From Chrysemys picta bellii (taxonomy: Eukaryota): a DNA stretch of 64,000 nucleotides. A program made the position numbers and the translations under genes. Of the stretch, positions 60,830 through 64,000 are shown piece after piece. Under the pieces are notes generated by a model that ran no database searches, was not told the DNA's origin, and saw nothing but the letters and a program-made list of their open reading frames with translations. The DNA is taken from contig NC_088807.1 of assembly GCF_011386835.1 (NCBI RefSeq), positions 19,344,001 through 19,408,000 on the forward strand, read 5' to 3'. Numbering within the stretch: the stretch's first letter is position 1; every line of letters starts with the position of its first letter.

Positions 60830-62560
60830 TAAGTGGTGGATGGTGGGTGGGTGCGGATGGCCGAGTAGAGAGCTGGGTGGGTGGGTGGGTAGGTAGCTGG
60901 GTGGGTGGATGGATGGTTGAGNNNNNNNNNNNNNNNNNNNNNNNNNNNNNNNNNNNNNNNNNNNNNNNNNNNNNNNNNNNNNNNNNNNNNNNNNNNNNNN
61001 NNNNNNNNNNNNNNNNNNNNNNNNNNNNNNNNNNNNNNNNNNNNNNNNNNNNNNNNNNNNNNNNNNNNNNNNNNNNNNNNNNNNNNNNNNNNNNNNNNNN
61101 NNNNNNNNNNNNNNNNNNGGGTGGACGGATGGATGGGTGGGTAGGTGGGTCCGTGGATGGATGGGTAGCTGGGTTGGTGGGTAGGTCGGTGGATGGACGG
61201 ATGGATGGGTGGGTGGATGGGTAGCTGGGTGGGTGGGTGGATGGGAGGTAGGTCAGTGGGTGGATGGGTGGGTGGGTAGGTAGCTGGGTCGGTGGGTGGA
61301 TGGGTAGATGGGTCGGTGGGTGGGTGGGTGGATGGGTCGGTAGGTAGGTCGGTGGGTGGATGGATGGGTAGGTAGGTCGGTGGGTGGATGGATGGGTGGG
61401 TGGGTAGGTAGGTGAGTGGGTGGATGGATGGATGGGTGGGTAGGTGGGTCCGTGGATGGATGGGTAGCTGGGTTGGTGGGTAGGTCGGTGGATGGACGGA
61501 TGGATGGGTGGGTGGATGGGTAGCTGGGTGGGTGGGTGGATGGGAGGTAGGTCAGTGGGTGGATGGGTGGGTGGGTAGGTAGCTGGGTCGGTGGGTAGGT
61601 CGGTGGGTGGATGAGTAGATGGGTGGATGGGTAGGTAGGTAGGNNNNNNNNNNNNNNNNNNNNNNNNNNNNNNNNNNNNNNNNNNNNNNNNNNNNNNNNN
61701 NNNNNNNNNNNNNNNNNNNNNNNNNNNNNNNNNNNNNNNNNNNNNNNNNNNNNNNNNNNNNNNNNNNNNNNNNNNNNNNNNNNNNNNNNNNNNNNNNNNN
61801 NNNNNNNNNNNNNNNNNNNNNNNNNNNNNNNNNNNNNNNNNNNNNNNNNNNNNNNNNNNNNNNNNNNNNNNNNNNNNNNNNNNNNNNNNNNNNNNNNNNN
61901 NNNNNNNNNNNNNNNNNNNNNNNNNNNNNNNNNNNNNNNNNNNNNNNNNNNNNNNNNNNNNNNNNNNNNNNNNNNNNNNNNNNNNNNNNNNNNNNNNNNN
62001 NNNNNNNNNNNNNNNNNNNNNNNNNNNNNNNNNNNNNNNNNNNNNNNNNNNNNNNNNNNNNNNNNNNNNNNNNNNNNNNNNNNNNNNNNNNNNNNNNNNN
62101 NNNNNNNNNNNNNNNNNNNNNNNNNNNNNNNNNNNNNNATGGATGGGTGGGTAGGTAGCTGGGTTAGTCGGTGGGTGGATGGGTAGCTGGGTGGGTGGAT
62201 AGGTCGGTGGATGGATGGATGGGTGGGTAGGTAGGTCAGTGGGTGGGTGGATGGGTGGGTAGGTGGGTAGGTAGGTGGACGGATGGATGGATGGGTTGGT
62301 AGGTAGGTAGGTGGGTGGATGGGTAGCTGGGTGGGTGGGTGGATGGGAGGTAGGTCAGTGGGTGGATGGGTGGGTGGGTAGGTAGCTGGGTCGGTGGGTG
62401 GATGGGTAGATGGGTCGGTGGGTAGGTCGGTGGGTGGATGGGTGGGTAGGTAGATTAGTGGGTGTACGGATGGATGGGTGGGTAGGTAGCTGGGTCGGTC
62501 GGTCGGTGGGTGGATGGGTAGCTGGGTGGGTGGATAGGTCGGTGGATGGACGGACAGATG
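60830..62560. repeat. (GGAT/GGGT/AGGT)n compound microsatellite with N gaps
   Basis: Directly visible. Confidence 0.9.
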
Positions 62561-62735
62561 GAAGTTATGTGGAGGGGGCAGCAGGTACCTGGCTGTAGGG
62601 AAGAGGCTGGGGGTGGATAGGAAGAGGTGGGGAGCACAGGGCTGGGTAGTTGGGGAGCGTGGGGGGCTGTGGCTGGGGCGTACCACTCCCTGGCCCTTGG
62701 GCTCACCCCACTTCCCCCCCCCACGCTGCCCGCAG

Positions 62736-63063
62736 CATGGCCTGGCTCTCGTTCACGCTCTGCATGTCGGCCGCGGTGCTGACCCTCAACACCTACACCA
62801 AGACCCTGCTGGAGTTCCAGCACCGCCGGCGGATCTGCGAGCAGCAGAGCCAGCGCGGGCCGCGCTCCCCCAGCCTGGCGCCCGAATTCCAGCGCTTCCT
62901 GTGGGACAAGTACGTCTTCAGCGTCAGTGACTCGCTGGACTTCTCCCCTGGCCGCTCCCGCCCCACCGCTGGGGGGCGCAAGGGCCGCGGGGGGGGCTAC
63001 GCCGGCCTGGCCGGGGGGCGCTGCGGGGATGCCGGCGACCCAGACGATGGCGAACCCTGCTAG
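62736..63063 (+). CDS. GSG1-like: GSG1-family exon 5 (MAWLSFTLCMSAAVLTLNTYTKTLLEFQHRRR...DDGEPC*)
   Basis: cgcag|C, phase-compatible with exon 4; TM4 AWLSFTxCM and NTYTKxxLEF motifs; stop TAG at 63061-63063. Confidence 0.95.
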
Positions 63064-63189
63064 GGGGTGGGGGGAATCGACCCACACAATTCCCCTCCCC
63101 CATTCATGCCCCCTTCCTCCTCCCCAATCCATGTCCCTTTCCCTCCTCCCACAATCCCCTCCCCAATGGGGAAACTGGGCAGGTGGTGC

Positions 63190-63610
63190 AGGGCAAGGCA
63201 GCCCCAGGGTCAGAGACCCTTAGTGGGGATGGCGGGTGGCGAAGGCCGGGGAAGCCTGAGGGTCAGAGACCTCTAGTGGGGACAGGGCGGTGCAGGCTGG
63301 GGAAGCCCCAGGGTCACAGGCCGGGGCAGCCCCAGGGTCAGAGACCCCTAGTGGCGGTGGGGACGCCGGGCGGCGCAGACCAGGGAAGCCCCAGGGTCAG
63401 AGACCCCTAGTGGGGACGCTGGGCGGCGCAGACCAGGGAAGCCCCAGGGTCAGAGACCCCTAGTGGGGACGCCGGGCGGCTAGGCCGGGGCAGCCCCAGG
63501 GTTCAGAGAACCCTAGTGGGGACGCCGGGCGGCACAGGGCAAGGCAGCCCTAGGGTCAGAGACCCCTAGTGGGGACGCCGGGTGGTGCAGACCGGGGAAG
63601 CCCCAGGGTA
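63190..63610. repeat. CCCCAGGGTCAGAGACCCCTAGTGGGGACGCCGGGCGG minisatellite in the 3' UTR
   Basis: Direct tandem units. Confidence 0.85.
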
Positions 63611-64000
63611 CCTTTGGTCCCAGCAGCCTCAGTCCAGAACCGGGAGTGATCCTGGTTCCAGCCTCGGGCCCCACAGCAGGAACCGAGCGGGGGAGACTCA
63701 GCCTGGTGGTGGCAGCGAGGGGCTCACACGGGGGCGGGGGGATGTAATGACCGGAAGCTGGAGTTGGGGAGCGAGGCATCTCCGGGCCGCCCAGGGGCCA
63801 TCACTGGGGGGGGGGGCAACAAGGGGGAGAAATGGCCCCCTGGGTCCTGCTGGTGTCACCCCCCCCCGGGAATTCCTGTGGGGTCACCGTGACATCGAGT
63901 GGCTATGTGGGGAGCAGGCATAGCTGTGCCGGTGCCCCTCACTCCCGACCCGCAGCTCCCTGCTAGCCCAGCCCTGGGCTTCCCCCCCACCAGCTCTGCC

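Overview
Vertebrate genomic window from a GC-rich, minisatellite-dense region of a turtle, judged from a cryptodire-type tRNA/CR1-tailed SINE and turtle-type CR1 and hAT elements. It is syntenic with the human 19q13.42 block. Gene order: SHISA7 (+, last three exons only), UBE2S (+, last exon missing, probably in a gap), visinin (+, the recoverin paralogue, 3 exons, 192 aa), RPL28 (-, complete), an unrecognised two-exon 112-aa gene head-to-head with RPL28 (+; signal peptide, leucine zipper, GPI-type tail), and a five-exon GSG1-family claudin-fold gene (+). Nearly every intron is filled by its own tandem repeat, and several of these repeats amplify recognisable regulatory motifs (CRE-like, CTCF, NF-kB, 3' splice sites). 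Single-base homopolymer indels break four genes, including the essential RPL28, so they are read as assembly errors, not pseudogenisation. Most novel candidates: the small GPI-type leucine-zipper gene downstream of a 4x NF-kB-site array, and a probable fourth GSG1 ohnologue near visinin. All identifications are from memory of protein families and exon sizes; no database searches were run.
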